Assembly (NCBI GenBank): GCA_003484955.1
Contig: DMZH01000001.1
Span: 23,848 to 87,847, forward strand
Origin: Candidatus Woesebacteria bacterium
Lineage (GTDB): Bacteria > Patescibacteriota > Microgenomatia > UBA8517
Direction of reading: 5' to 3'
Length of the DNA: 64,000 nt
The position numbers and the translations under genes are program-made. Within the stretch, counting starts at the first letter, position 1, and each line of letters begins with the position of its first letter. Positions 36,445 through 45,432 of this stretch are shown here, piece by piece. A model generated the notes under the pieces. The model saw only the letters and a list, made by a program, of their open reading frames with translations. It searched no databases and was not told where the DNA came from.

Positions 36445-37249
36445 TGTTTTTCCCGGATTTAATTCTTCTGGAGAGTTCGTCCCATGTCACGAGAATTGAA
36501 ACCGCTACAAATGGTGAGGAGTAAGTTCCGGAAACCGTACCTACAAGAAGCGCCACCGCAAACCATTTAATTGTATCTCCACCCAGAAGTATCAACGCCA
36601 AAAGCATGAATATAATTGTGAATGAGTTATTGATAGACCTGACCATTGTTTCACTAATTGCCCTGTCTGCAAATTCGGAGGGGTCACCCATCCGGCCCTT
36701 CCGCATTTCGCGGATTCTGTCAAATACAACAATGGTGTCATGAACCGAAAATGAAAGAATAGTAAGAACGGCCGTCACAAAAAGAAAATCCAGTTCGGCA
36801 CCAAAAAAGTGCCCAAGAATTGAAAAACTTCCAATTACAACCAATATGTCATGTATAGTGGCAAGCGTTGCCGAGACGCCAAATTTAATACTTTTGAACT
36901 GATGGGCAATCCATAAAAGTATTGCGATAGCCGAAATCAGGAGAGCATAGATTGTTTTCTTGATCGTTTCCGGACCAACTGCAGGACCCACATTTTCAAA
37001 TTTTATCTCGGTTACCGTTCCCCCAACCTCTTTTTCCAGATTTGCTTTTATTCCTTCCTTTTGAACCTGATCGACAGAAGCGCCTTTGAAAGTTTTTACA
37101 CTTCCGTCAGGAAGTCTGTATTCCAAACGACTCCCGCCGGTAAAATCGACCCCAATATTAAATCCCCAATTAACCATTGAGAATATTCCGAAAATAATTA
37201 AACTTCCGGACAGAAGTAAATAAAGCCAGCGGTATTTCATCCAGTTCAT
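36437..37249 (-). CDS. secF: Protein translocase subunit SecF
   Basis: It has 6 TM helices and conserved FTGG/GGS motifs. The start is trimmed to the ATG at 37249, which overlaps the secD stop by 4 nt (ATGA). Confidence 0.85.
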   Translation of the reverse strand: MNWMKYRWLYLLLSGSLIIFGIFSMVNWGFNIGVDFTGGSRLEYRLPDGSVKTFKGASVDQVQKEGIKANLEKEVGGTVTEIKFENVGPAVGPETIKKTIYALLISAIAILLWIAHQFKSIKFGVSATLATIHDILVVIGSFSILGHFFGAELDFLFVTAVLTILSFSVHDTIVVFDRIREMRKGRMGDPSEFADRAISETMVRSINNSFTIIFMLLALILLGGDTIKWFAVALLVGTVSGTYSSPFVAVSILVTWDELSRRIKSGKNTK

Positions 37250-38574
37250 TTCTTTTTCTCCTTTACAAAAAGTCTTAATAAATTTCGACTCACATAAATT
37301 CCGGTAAATAAGCTTATGATTATACCCATGAGTAGTGTGATGGCAAACCCTCTGACGGGACCGGACGACTGAAGAAATGACCAATCCAGTGGATTCATTA
37401 ATACCAAAGATGTAATTATTGTTGCAACGTTGGCGTCTCTTATAGAGTCCCATGCCCTTCCGAATGAAACTTCCAGTGCATCCGAAATATTTCGTTTTAG
37501 CTTTTCTTCTTTAAATCGTTCAAATATTAAAATGTTGCTATCAACCGCCATTCCAATTGACAACATAAATCCGGCAATTCCGGGAAGTGTCAATGTGATA
37601 GGAATCAGTTTATAAAGCGCCAGTGAAATTACGGAAAATATAAAAAGCCCGACATCCGCAACTAAACCAAGTTTTCCGTACGACAGAACCATGAAAAGAC
37701 CAACCATTAAAAGTCCGACTGCACCCGCTACGACACTTTGCCTTACCGACAGAGCCCCAAGCGTGGCCTCTATTGTTCTTTCCTCAATCAACTGTATAGG
37801 AACGGGAAGTGCTCCGGCATTAAGCTGGATTGCCAGCCCTTTTGCCTCATCAACCGTAAAACTTCCGGATATTTGTGCATTTCCGCCGGTTATCTGTTCC
37901 TGAACAGTAGGTGCCGAAACGATTTGATTATCCAGTATTATCGGCAACTCCTTCCCTATATTTCTTCCCGTGATTTCAGCAAATTTTTTACCACCCTCTT
38001 CGCTAAACTGAATCGAAATTGCGGGCACTCCGGTACTTCCGTCAAAAACAACCTGGGCATTTTTAAGGTCGGCCCCGGTTAGGTCTGTTGGAACGAGGGT
38101 TGCTGACGGGGTGGCGCTCCCGACGGTAGTCGACTCTACAACTTCCGCAAAGGATAGCTGTGCAGTCTTGCCAATAAGGTTGATTGCGGTTTGAGTATCG
38201 CTAATCCCGGGAAGCTCGACTATTATTCTATCTTTACCTTCAAAATTCGATGTCCGGACGGTGGATTCTGAAATCCCAAACATATTTACTCTGTTTTCTA
38301 TAATATTTCTTACTCCGGTCAGGGCATCGGATTTTTTATCGGCAGGGACTTTATTCATATCTGCTTCAAAAACAAGCTGACTTCCGCCCGCCAAATCCAA
38401 ACCCAGATGAACCTTGAGATCACTCTGAAGCGAAAACTTACCGATATTTATATTTATATTTGGGCGAGTTATTTTTTTACCAAAAACAGAAAAACTTTGG
38501 GGTAAACTTATAAAAGTTGCTGCCAAAGCCAAAACTACAATAAATATAAATTTTTTAAGGGGAGTTCCCAACAT
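37246..38574 (-). CDS. secD: Protein translocase subunit SecD
   Basis: A large periplasmic domain is followed by a C-terminal 6-TM bundle and LDLAGGSQLVFEAD. Confidence 0.85.
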   Translation of the reverse strand: MLGTPLKKFIFIVVLALAATFISLPQSFSVFGKKITRPNININIGKFSLQSDLKVHLGLDLAGGSQLVFEADMNKVPADKKSDALTGVRNIIENRVNMFGISESTVRTSNFEGKDRIIVELPGISDTQTAINLIGKTAQLSFAEVVESTTVGSATPSATLVPTDLTGADLKNAQVVFDGSTGVPAISIQFSEEGGKKFAEITGRNIGKELPIILDNQIVSAPTVQEQITGGNAQISGSFTVDEAKGLAIQLNAGALPVPIQLIEERTIEATLGALSVRQSVVAGAVGLLMVGLFMVLSYGKLGLVADVGLFIFSVISLALYKLIPITLTLPGIAGFMLSIGMAVDSNILIFERFKEEKLKRNISDALEVSFGRAWDSIRDANVATIITSLVLMNPLDWSFLQSSGPVRGFAITLLMGIIISLFTGIYVSRNLLRLFVKEKKK

Positions 38575-38594
38575 ATGGTCTTCAAAACATAAAA

Positions 38595-39179
38595 TTAACC
38601 TACGAGGTCTTCCTCATCGCCTATTATCATTACCCGACTACCGGACAGAATCCCCAGAAGAAACGGGTCACGTCTCTTTTTTCTAAAATCAAATTCATCT
38701 CTACTCATCGCTGTATAGTTAATTTCCTTACCCCTGCCGGTTTCTTCGGCCCTAATTATTGAAGCCAACTCCGGCAAAACAACTTCCCCAACAACCAAAA
38801 TGTCGACATCATCATCTCTTTTGTGTTCTTTGTGTCTGACAAATTTTCCGGAGAACATCACAAAAGAAACTCTTCCAATTTTATTTTTATTCTCAATTAT
38901 TATTTTGCCCAAACCTGTGGTTTTTGCAACCACCGAGGTTAAATCGCCGAAAAGCGGGTATTCGGGCCTAATTGAATAATAAATTCTATTGCCGCGGGGT
39001 TCTTTCCGGAGTACTCCATCTTTTTCAAGTTTAGTCAGCTCGCGTCTCACAGCATTAATTTCCTCTTCTGTTTCCCTGACAATCCCTCTCACATGATAAA
39101 CCTCTTTAAGATTGGAAAAAAACAGCTCTAAAATTTTTATTCTTACCTTTGAAGTAATAATGTCTGCTAAATTTGCCAT
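38595..39179 (-). CDS. Winged-HTH domain fused to a nucleotidyltransferase-like domain
   Basis: The N-terminal has wHTH features (RIKILELF...VRRELTKLEKDGVL). The C-terminal GRVSFVMFSGKF...DDDVDILVVG fits an NTase GS...DxD. Confidence 0.5.
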   Translation of the reverse strand: MANLADIITSKVRIKILELFFSNLKEVYHVRGIVRETEEEINAVRRELTKLEKDGVLRKEPRGNRIYYSIRPEYPLFGDLTSVVAKTTGLGKIIIENKNKIGRVSFVMFSGKFVRHKEHKRDDDVDILVVGEVVLPELASIIRAEETGRGKEINYTAMSRDEFDFRKKRRDPFLLGILSGSRVMIIGDEEDLVG

Positions 39180-39202
39180 CTATTTTTTGGAGCAGTTAAA
39201 AT

Positions 39203-40444
39203 TTAATAAGTTACCGCATTTTTGGCGGGAACTAACTCTACCCAGGTCTGTCCTCTAACCATCTTTATCTCTTTTCCATTTGTATCATAAAAAACCTCCC
39301 TGTCAAGCGCAGATGCCTTTTTCCATGTTCCCTGAATCACCTCGCCATTCTGGAAAATCAAGGCCTTACCCGTTCCAATAACCTGATAGAACATGTGGCG
39401 TTCCGTGTCTACGGGGCCCTTCTCGGCTACAAACATTATCACAACATTTTTCGCGGAAAGCTGGGGTTTATCAAACTCCCATTCAAGGTGAGCGCTTCCA
39501 CCATTAAATCTTAAGTAAGAATTTGTAGTAGAATCATACTTCCACTCAACATCATAACCCGGCATACTCTCCCAAAAATTAAATTTAATATCGAAAGCCA
39601 TCGGTGAAGTTGCCGCTTTTCCATCTTGAAAAAGCCATTTTCTGAAACCTTCTGTCCAGGCAGTGCCATTGCTGTCTTCGTAGTTATAGCCTCTTTTGCC
39701 GGCCTCTTTCCAAACCTCATCCAGGTCGGCAACGACCGCATGTTCCCAAGCGGAGGCATTGTTGCTATCCAGACGATATTGATTGCGAATAACAATGGGG
39801 TAGCCAATATTATAACCACCATCAAAGTTGTTGCCGTCTGAACCCCCACCCCAACCTAATTTCTCAAGTAGTGTCACAGTGTTAACCGTAGGGTCAATTT
39901 GGGAGCTTGGCTTAACACCACCCGGACAAGTACTGCATATATTATTTGCCCCTCCCTGATGCAGGAAAATCGGATCTTTTCCATAACCTGCAGCCATATT
40001 TATAAAATAAACCCTGGCACTCCTAATTGGAGCCACCTGAACATCCTCAGCTGCAGCACCGCAATAAAATACCGACATAAATCTAGTAATTCCACCTTCT
40101 GCCACAACCTCATAAATAACATCGGCGCGCGATAAGCCGGATTCTGGTCTTGCCTCGACATGATTTTCAATCATTGCGGTAACGGGACGTCGCTCGCCCC
40201 AAATTTCACTTTCCGCCTTGGTATACATCTGACCATTTATCGGACACTCTTCAGTTTTGGGAAGATTTATATTAATTTTAGTCTTCTTGCCTACTCCGCT
40301 GAGAAGTTTCGAGGCTCCTTGAGGAGAAACATAATAAAAGACCACAAGGGAAATCCCCACAGAGATCAGGAAAAGACCAATAAAACTTGCAATAACTACA
40401 CTTTTTTTTGATCCGAACAAATTTTTAAAACTAAATTTATCCAT
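39203..40444 (-). CDS. DUF3048-family secreted protein
   Basis: A TM anchor is followed by RPVTAMIENHVEARPESGLSRADVIYEVVAEGGITRF, typical of DUF3048 (YerB-like). Confidence 0.55.
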   Translation of the reverse strand: MDKFSFKNLFGSKKSVVIASFIGLFLISVGISLVVFYYVSPQGASKLLSGVGKKTKININLPKTEECPINGQMYTKAESEIWGERRPVTAMIENHVEARPESGLSRADVIYEVVAEGGITRFMSVFYCGAAAEDVQVAPIRSARVYFINMAAGYGKDPIFLHQGGANNICSTCPGGVKPSSQIDPTVNTVTLLEKLGWGGGSDGNNFDGGYNIGYPIVIRNQYRLDSNNASAWEHAVVADLDEVWKEAGKRGYNYEDSNGTAWTEGFRKWLFQDGKAATSPMAFDIKFNFWESMPGYDVEWKYDSTTNSYLRFNGGSAHLEWEFDKPQLSAKNVVIMFVAEKGPVDTERHMFYQVIGTGKALIFQNGEVIQGTWKKASALDREVFYDTNGKEIKMVRGQTWVELVPAKNAVTY

Positions 40445-40472
40445 AAAAACAACGTATTTTTAATTCTATCAC

Positions 40473-40931
40473 TTATTTGCTTTTTTGCGCATCAACAACC
40501 GCTTTCTTTTCCTCTGCGGAGAGTTCAAGGCTGCTTTTGCCATTTTTAATATCTTTCATATAAACTCTTGTTCTGTCTCTGGTGTGTAGACCGGTAATAA
40601 CGACTCCCGTATCTCTATCATCGAGAATGGCCAGACAAAAACTATGGTCCCCGCCAAGTTCGCTAAACGGATTAAACCTCACAAGTCCAACTTTTTGAAT
40701 ATGACGTCTGTCGTTATCATCGATTATGTCGATCTTTTTAACAAGTTCTTTGATGTTTTTGGTGTTTTCGTCTCCACGGACCAATATTTTCTCCAGAATT
40801 TTTTTAATATCGGTTACCTCAATCCCTTTCGTTAACTTTTTATAAAGAGCAAAAAAACGATACAGAAAAAAGCTTAAAGCCAAAAGCCAAACTCCAAAAA
40901 TTACATAAATATATATACTCAAGTTTTGCAT
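40473..40931 (-). CDS. DUF4446-family membrane-anchored protein
   Basis: A TM is followed by RFNPFSELGGDHSFCLAILDD...LSAEEKKAV, the pattern of DUF4446. Confidence 0.5.
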   Translation of the reverse strand: MQNLSIYIYVIFGVWLLALSFFLYRFFALYKKLTKGIEVTDIKKILEKILVRGDENTKNIKELVKKIDIIDDNDRRHIQKVGLVRFNPFSELGGDHSFCLAILDDRDTGVVITGLHTRDRTRVYMKDIKNGKSSLELSAEEKKAVVDAQKSK

Positions 40932-41002
40932 CAGGTTCCCGGCAGGCTTGTGTCATTTTTACATCTTGAAAAGTTAGTGTCAAGGAGATATAGACTAAGG
41001 GT

Positions 41003-41290
41003 ATGGTTGAAATACGGACCAGAAAAAATAAGGAAAACCCCCATTACGGGTTCCTGGTTTCTTGGGAGCCAAGGCCAATAAAAAAAGTTCATGTCAAGGG
41101 GGAAACTAAATTCAGCAAAAATATGACGTTAGGCTCAGACAGGCATGCCAAAAGAGCCGAATCTTTGGCACAAGCTGAGGCTGCAACTATCAACCGGAAA
41201 AGTATCGTGCGAAGCTTAATTCGTATCAGCCTCATATTAATACTGGAGCTGGTGATATACTTAGCCTGGAGCAAATTTATTCTGTCCTGA
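41003..41290 (+). CDS. Hypothetical small protein of doubtful reality
   Basis: The ORF fills a long divergent intergenic region. It has a C-terminal hydrophobic stretch and no recognisable motif. Confidence 0.2.
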   Translation: MVEIRTRKNKENPHYGFLVSWEPRPIKKVHVKGETKFSKNMTLGSDRHAKRAESLAQAEAATINRKSIVRSLIRISLILILELVIYLAWSKFILS

Positions 41291-41309
41291 AGACTGGAGG
41301 TGAGAAATT

Positions 41310-41447
41310 ATGATGTACTGTGTAAAGTGCCGCGCCAAGAGAGAAGGAAAAGACGCACAAGAAGTTACCATGAAAAATGGTAAGAAAGCCACAAAGGCTG
41401 TTTGTGAAGTCTGTGGCACAACCATGTTCAAGATCGGAGGCAAATAA
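41310..41447 (+). CDS. Unannotated 45-aa zinc-ribbon protein
   Basis: GGAGGTGA lies 7 nt upstream of ATGATG. The translation MMYCVKCRAKREGKDAQEVTMKNGKKATKAVCEVCGTTMFKIGGK has two CxxC pairs. Confidence 0.55.
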   Translation: MMYCVKCRAKREGKDAQEVTMKNGKKATKAVCEVCGTTMFKIGGK

Positions 41448-41475
41448 CCTTTGATTTTAAACGTTTAAAGCAAAA

Positions 41476-41501
41476 GGGCACCGGCATGACCGGCCCCTTT
41501 T
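41476..41501 (+). terminator. Putative intrinsic terminator after the zinc-ribbon gene
   Basis: gggcaccggcatgaccggcccc forms a GC-rich imperfect hairpin followed by tttt. Confidence 0.35.
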
Positions 41502-41516
41502 GTGTTCCCCACTAAT

Positions 41517-42116
41517 ATGAATTTCGCGAAAGTATTCAAGGTATTTGAAAAAAATTACATTTTGGTTCCCCTCGAAATCTTTGGTTCCGACCCATATAAG
41601 ACTTTAGTTTCAACTCTCCTGTCTGCCAGAACAAAAGACGGGGTTACATTAGAAGCTTCAAAGCGTCTATTTAAAATAGCTCCAAATTTAGAGAAGTTGA
41701 ATCAGTTAGAAATTAACGAAATTGGAAAGTTAATCTATCCCGTAGGTTTTTACAAAACGAAAGCAAAGCATCTCAAGACGCTTGCAAGGATTGTCCTCAC
41801 AAGCTATGGCGGGAAAGTCCCAAAAACCCAAAAGGAATTAAACACCCTGCCTGGTGTTGGAATAAAAACTGCCAATTTAGTTTTGAATAGGGCTTTTGGT
41901 GTTCCTGCAATTGCCGTGGATACTCACGTTCATAGAATTTCCAATCTCCTTGGCTGGGTTCATACAAAAACTCCGGAACAAACAGAAAAAGAGTTGATAA
42001 AAGTTGTTCCCAAAAAATACTGGCCGGATATGAATAGATTATTTGTTTCTATCGGCCGGCAGTTTACTTCAAAGAAAAGACTGGAGGAGTTTTTGAGAAA
42101 AGAAAGACTAATCTGA
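41517..42116 (+). CDS. HhH-GPD DNA glycosylase (endonuclease III-like, without the C-terminal FeS cysteines)
   Basis: [37 protein letters not shown] is the HhH-GPD motif and it has a catalytic Asp. No C-x6-C-x2-C-x5-C is present. The start is placed at the ATG at 41517 rather than the GTG at 41502. Confidence 0.65.
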   Translation: [199 protein letters not shown]

Positions 42117-42551
42117 ATAAACTATTGTTACAGGCCCATCCATTACCGTTTCTATTTGCATATAATCACCAAAACTTCCGGTTTCGACCTTAATATCTTT
42201 TTCTTTTAATTTATTAACAAAAAGTTCATAAAGCTGCCTTGCCCTAACGGGATCTTCCGCATTTATAAAACTAGGTCTATTGCCCCCTTTGGTATCCGCA
42301 TAAAGCGTGAATTGAGAAACGACCAAAACACTTGCCCCGATTTCCTTTACCGAAAGATTCATTTTTTTCTCCCCATCTTTCATAACGCGTAGTTTTGAAA
42401 GCTTTTCTGCCAACATTGCGACTTCTTTTTCCGTGTCCCCTTTTTTAAAACCGACCAAAACAAAAAGTCCCTCTCCGATCTTTCCAACAACTCTTTGGTC
42501 GGGAATCAGAACAACCTTTGCTTCTTTAACCCGCTGGACAATTATCTTCAT
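42108..42551 (-). CDS. dtd: D-aminoacyl-tRNA deacylase
   Basis: MKIIVQRV, SQFTLYAD and NRPSF are Dtd signatures. Confidence 0.85.
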   Translation of the reverse strand: MKIIVQRVKEAKVVLIPDQRVVGKIGEGLFVLVGFKKGDTEKEVAMLAEKLSKLRVMKDGEKKMNLSVKEIGASVLVVSQFTLYADTKGGNRPSFINAEDPVRARQLYELFVNKLKEKDIKVETGSFGDYMQIETVMDGPVTIVYSD

Positions 42552-42606
42552 AGAAGTATTTTAGCAGAACTCAATTCTCCGCCTTGAAAGTGTCTGAAAG
42601 ACAACT

Positions 42607-43281
42607 CTAGTTTGTTTTTCCTCTCGAATCGTGACACCTGTTTTTGGGGTCACCACACTGATCCTGACAGGTCGGATCGTCCAAATAAATATCCGGACAA
42701 CCCGAAAGTTCAGGAAACATAAATGCTTCACATCCACCTCCCGGAGCACAAACATACTGTAAGTTGGAAGGCTCCTGGGCCGGAGGGGATGTCGCCGGAG
42801 GTGGATTGCCATCCATATTTTGGCAAAACGGATTTAATCTTACATTTGAACTGGCCGTCCCATAATTAAATTGACATTTTGGTCCACAGCCGTTTCGACA
42901 ACCAAGCGTATCTATAATACTGTCCTCTGTGTAATCCAAATTCCCATAAAGTTGGAACCAGCCGGGACAGGAATTAATTTCACTGACATATACATATGAA
43001 TTTGATGTTGCAGGATCACAGGGGAGATTTGAAATGTAAGTTTTGTTACCTAGACGAAAAGGATTTCCGCAAGCGGGTACCGAGACAGGATAACAACCGG
43101 TATCAATATAAAATTCTTCAACAAATTTACCGATTTCATCAATGTCTCCTTTTCTTTCTGCGTCCTGGGCTTTTGCAATTTGAGTGGGTACATTTAATAA
43201 GGAAAATACTATTAAAGTTCCAATAAGTGCAACAACAATCAAGATCTCAACCAGAGTAAAACCCCGGAGCCGAAGTCTCAT
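42607..43281 (-). CDS. Type IV pilin-like protein with a Cys-rich C-terminal domain
   Basis: RGFTLVEILIVVALIGTL is a prepilin class III leader plus hydrophobic helix. More than 12 Cys lie in the C-terminal globular part. Confidence 0.6.
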   Translation of the reverse strand: MRLRLRGFTLVEILIVVALIGTLIVFSLLNVPTQIAKAQDAERKGDIDEIGKFVEEFYIDTGCYPVSVPACGNPFRLGNKTYISNLPCDPATSNSYVYVSEINSCPGWFQLYGNLDYTEDSIIDTLGCRNGCGPKCQFNYGTASSNVRLNPFCQNMDGNPPPATSPPAQEPSNLQYVCAPGGGCEAFMFPELSGCPDIYLDDPTCQDQCGDPKNRCHDSRGKTN

Positions 43282-43309
43282 ATGGATATATTATACTAAA
43301 TAGAAGAAT

Positions 43310-43543
43310 CTAAGAAATATTTAGGACTTTTTTAGCAGCCAGTCTTTGAAGCAACCTTTTTTCCTGTTCATCTTTCAATACCGCCCGTTTTTTCTCATCG
43401 TTTTTAAGATTTTTTTCGACTACTTTTTGGCACTCAGGATCAGGACAAATAGTTTGTGTGTAGGTGATCTTTGATTTAGATATCATCTCATCGTGAGAAG
43501 AGACTATTACTCTCTCTTTTCCGCAGCGTGGACATTTGCTCAT
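43310..43543 (-). CDS. Small zinc-ribbon protein
   Basis: CPRCG...CPDPEC forms two Cys pairs. It abuts the RRM gene. Confidence 0.4.
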   Translation of the reverse strand: MSKCPRCGKERVIVSSHDEMISKSKITYTQTICPDPECQKVVEKNLKNDEKKRAVLKDEQEKRLLQRLAAKKVLNIS

Positions 43544-43944
43544 CTGCTAAACCCCCCTCTTCCAGGTCTATGACCACTTTTTCCACTTCTTCCAAAACTT
43601 CCACGTCCCCCCTCGCGCCTTCCGAAATCTTCTCTTTTCCCAAATCCTCCACTTCTTCCACCAAAACCCCCTCCTTGGGATCTGTCGCGTCTTTCCTCCA
43701 TTGGTTTGGCCTCAGCAACAATCAACTTTCTTCCACCAAAATCAGTGTCATTAAGTTTAGCAATTGCATTGGACGCCTCCTCAGAAGTTTCCATTTCCAC
43801 AAAACCAAAACCTTTTGATCTGCCTGTTTCTCTGTCGGTGATAATCGATGTGGACACAACATTCCCCACACTGGCAAAAAGATCTCTTAACTCATCCTGG
43901 GTGCTTGAAAAGGGTAGGCCAGCTACGAAAAGTCGTTTGTTCAT
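43540..43944 (-). CDS. RRM-domain RNA-binding protein with an RGG-rich C-terminus
   Basis: RNP2 is LFVAGL and RNP1 is KGFGFVEM. The tail is Gly/Arg-rich. The start is trimmed to the ATG at 43944. Confidence 0.7.
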   Translation of the reverse strand: MNKRLFVAGLPFSSTQDELRDLFASVGNVVSTSIITDRETGRSKGFGFVEMETSEEASNAIAKLNDTDFGGRKLIVAEAKPMEERRDRSQGGGFGGRSGGFGKREDFGRREGGRGSFGRSGKSGHRPGRGGFSR

Positions 43945-44100
43945 ATTGTCGAGCTTAAATATTAGAAGTTTATCCAAACGGCCAAAATTATAAGCTAGAT
44001 AGTGCATTATACCACAGATTCAGTACAAACACACCGTGGTAAATCAAAGCGTTGACTCCTATACATTCCAGTGGGTTTTTACTGAAAAATAGCTCAAAAG

Positions 44101-44433
44101 GTGGTATACTCTTAGCACTCTGGAGAAAGGATGATCGCTGTATTTGAGCCTAGCTCTAAATACAGAGGAAAGTCCAGGCAGCAGAAAGCAGGGTGTCCAG
44201 CGCAAGCTGGAGACGGGCTTAAGAGCAATCTTAGGTTTGGCCAGTGAGAGCCACAGAAACTATGTCGATTCTTTTACCCTAAAGGTAGAAGGAAACGAGT
44301 GAAAAGAGGCAATCCTCCCCGCTGCAACCTCCGAAAGGGACGTTTGAGGCGCTTTCCCAAGTCCCGAGGTTCGAGGGCGTTAGATGGATGATCATCGAGA
44401 AACAGAACCTGGCTTACTAATCTTCAGAGTACA
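44101..44433 (+). ncRNA. rnpB: RNase P RNA (bacterial, reduced form)
   Basis: AGGAAAGTCCAGGC sits at 44167 and ACAGAACCTGGCTTAC near the 3' end. These match the universally conserved GGAAAGUCCGGGC and ACAGAAnCCGGCUUA regions at the expected spacing. A terminator hairpin follows directly. The ends are approximate. Confidence 0.6.
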
Positions 44434-44459
44434 AAAACCACCAGAAATGGTGGTTTTTT
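44434..44459. terminator. Bidirectional intrinsic terminator
   Basis: The hairpin aaccacc-agaaat-ggtggtt has A-run and T-run flanks. It serves the RNase P RNA on the plus strand and the convergent minus-strand transporter gene. Confidence 0.55.
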
Positions 44460-44466
44460 GTGGAGT

Positions 44467-45432
44467 TTAATTTTCTTTTCCCAGATATTCCTTTAAAAAC
44501 ACCTGCAACATAATTACGAAAGGGACTGCAATAATTACTCCCATGACCCCTGCCAGCTTTGCTCCAATTGTTATTGAAATAAGAACTAAAAGTGGAGAAA
44601 CACCTGCCGACTTTTGCATTATTTTAGGAACCAAAACGTAATTTTCCAATTGATTAACTAAAAATGCTACGGCCGCAGCGCCTACTCCTGTTAATGGCGA
44701 GATTCCAAATCCGATAAGAATAGCAGGAACGGCAGAAATAATTGGTCCCAGGACCGGAACTATCTCAAATATCCCCGTAAGGACAGCCAAGGGAAGGGCA
44801 AACGGAATTTTAAGTAAAAGGAATCCCAAATAATTCCCTATTGCTACCACCAGCATTAAAAGCAGTTCTCCTCTGGACCATTTACCTAGTCTTTCTTCAA
44901 TTGCAATAATTAATTTGCTTACCCTCTGCCCCTTTTCCTGACCCAGCAAAAGAACTATCTGATCTCTCATGCCGCTATAGCCCATAAGCATATAGAATGC
45001 AAAAACCAAAACAGTGATTACGGAAATAAAATTAGAAAAAACGGAAAAGGTAAAATTCAAAACGCCCCCTATTTGATTCAAAATTCCGCTAGTTATACCC
45101 GCTGTTTCAGAGGAATTTAAACCAATATTTGAAAGGTATGTTGGAAACGCACTGACAAAATTTGTTGTTTGTTGAACCAAAGCCGGAGCGATCAGGGCAA
45201 TAACCCATCCAAAAATTCCGAGGACCAAAATATAAGTAATAATAACCGACAAGCTTCTGTGAATTTTAAGTCTGGCAAACAAATTTACTAAAGGGTCTAA
45301 AATCGTCATTAGTAAGAAGGCAACAAAAAGTTCTAAGATTATTCCACGAATAAAATAGAGAAGTCCCAGTCCTAAAAGAAACAGGACTGTAAAAATAATA
45401 GTTCTGTGAGAAATATCAATTTTCCTAAGCAT
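44467..45432 (-). CDS. AI-2E family (UPF0118/PerM-like) transporter
   Basis: It has 8 TM helices. IGNYLGFLLL...LTGIFEIVPVLGPII is the pattern of the AI-2E family. Confidence 0.65.
   Translation of the reverse strand: MLRKIDISHRTIIFTVLFLLGLGLLYFIRGIILELFVAFLLMTILDPLVNLFARLKIHRSLSVIITYILVLGIFGWVIALIAPALVQQTTNFVSAFPTYLSNIGLNSSETAGITSGILNQIGGVLNFTFSVFSNFISVITVLVFAFYMLMGYSGMRDQIVLLLGQEKGQRVSKLIIAIEERLGKWSRGELLLMLVVAIGNYLGFLLLKIPFALPLAVLTGIFEIVPVLGPIISAVPAILIGFGISPLTGVGAAAVAFLVNQLENYVLVPKIMQKSAGVSPLLVLISITIGAKLAGVMGVIIAVPFVIMLQVFLKEYLGKEN

Noticed and set aside
37250-37453. A long N-terminal extension of secF into secD.
   Set aside because: SecF homology begins at the internal Met. The ATGA overlap with the secD stop is the typical coupling.
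40932-41309. The long intergenic region with a GGGGG run was considered as tmRNA or another structured RNA.
   Set aside because: I found no tRNA-like T-arm or acceptor end, and no tag reading frame ending in ALAA-stop. It fits better as a divergent promoter region with an optional small ORF.
42561-42812. An 83-aa ORF overlaps the 3' half of the pilin gene in another frame.
   Set aside because: The pilin frame has the class III leader and hydrophobic helix. The overlapping frame has no features.
43488-43721. A 77-aa ORF overlaps the RRM gene.
   Set aside because: It is in a different frame and Glu-rich. It mirrors the Gly/Arg-rich tail of the real RRM protein.
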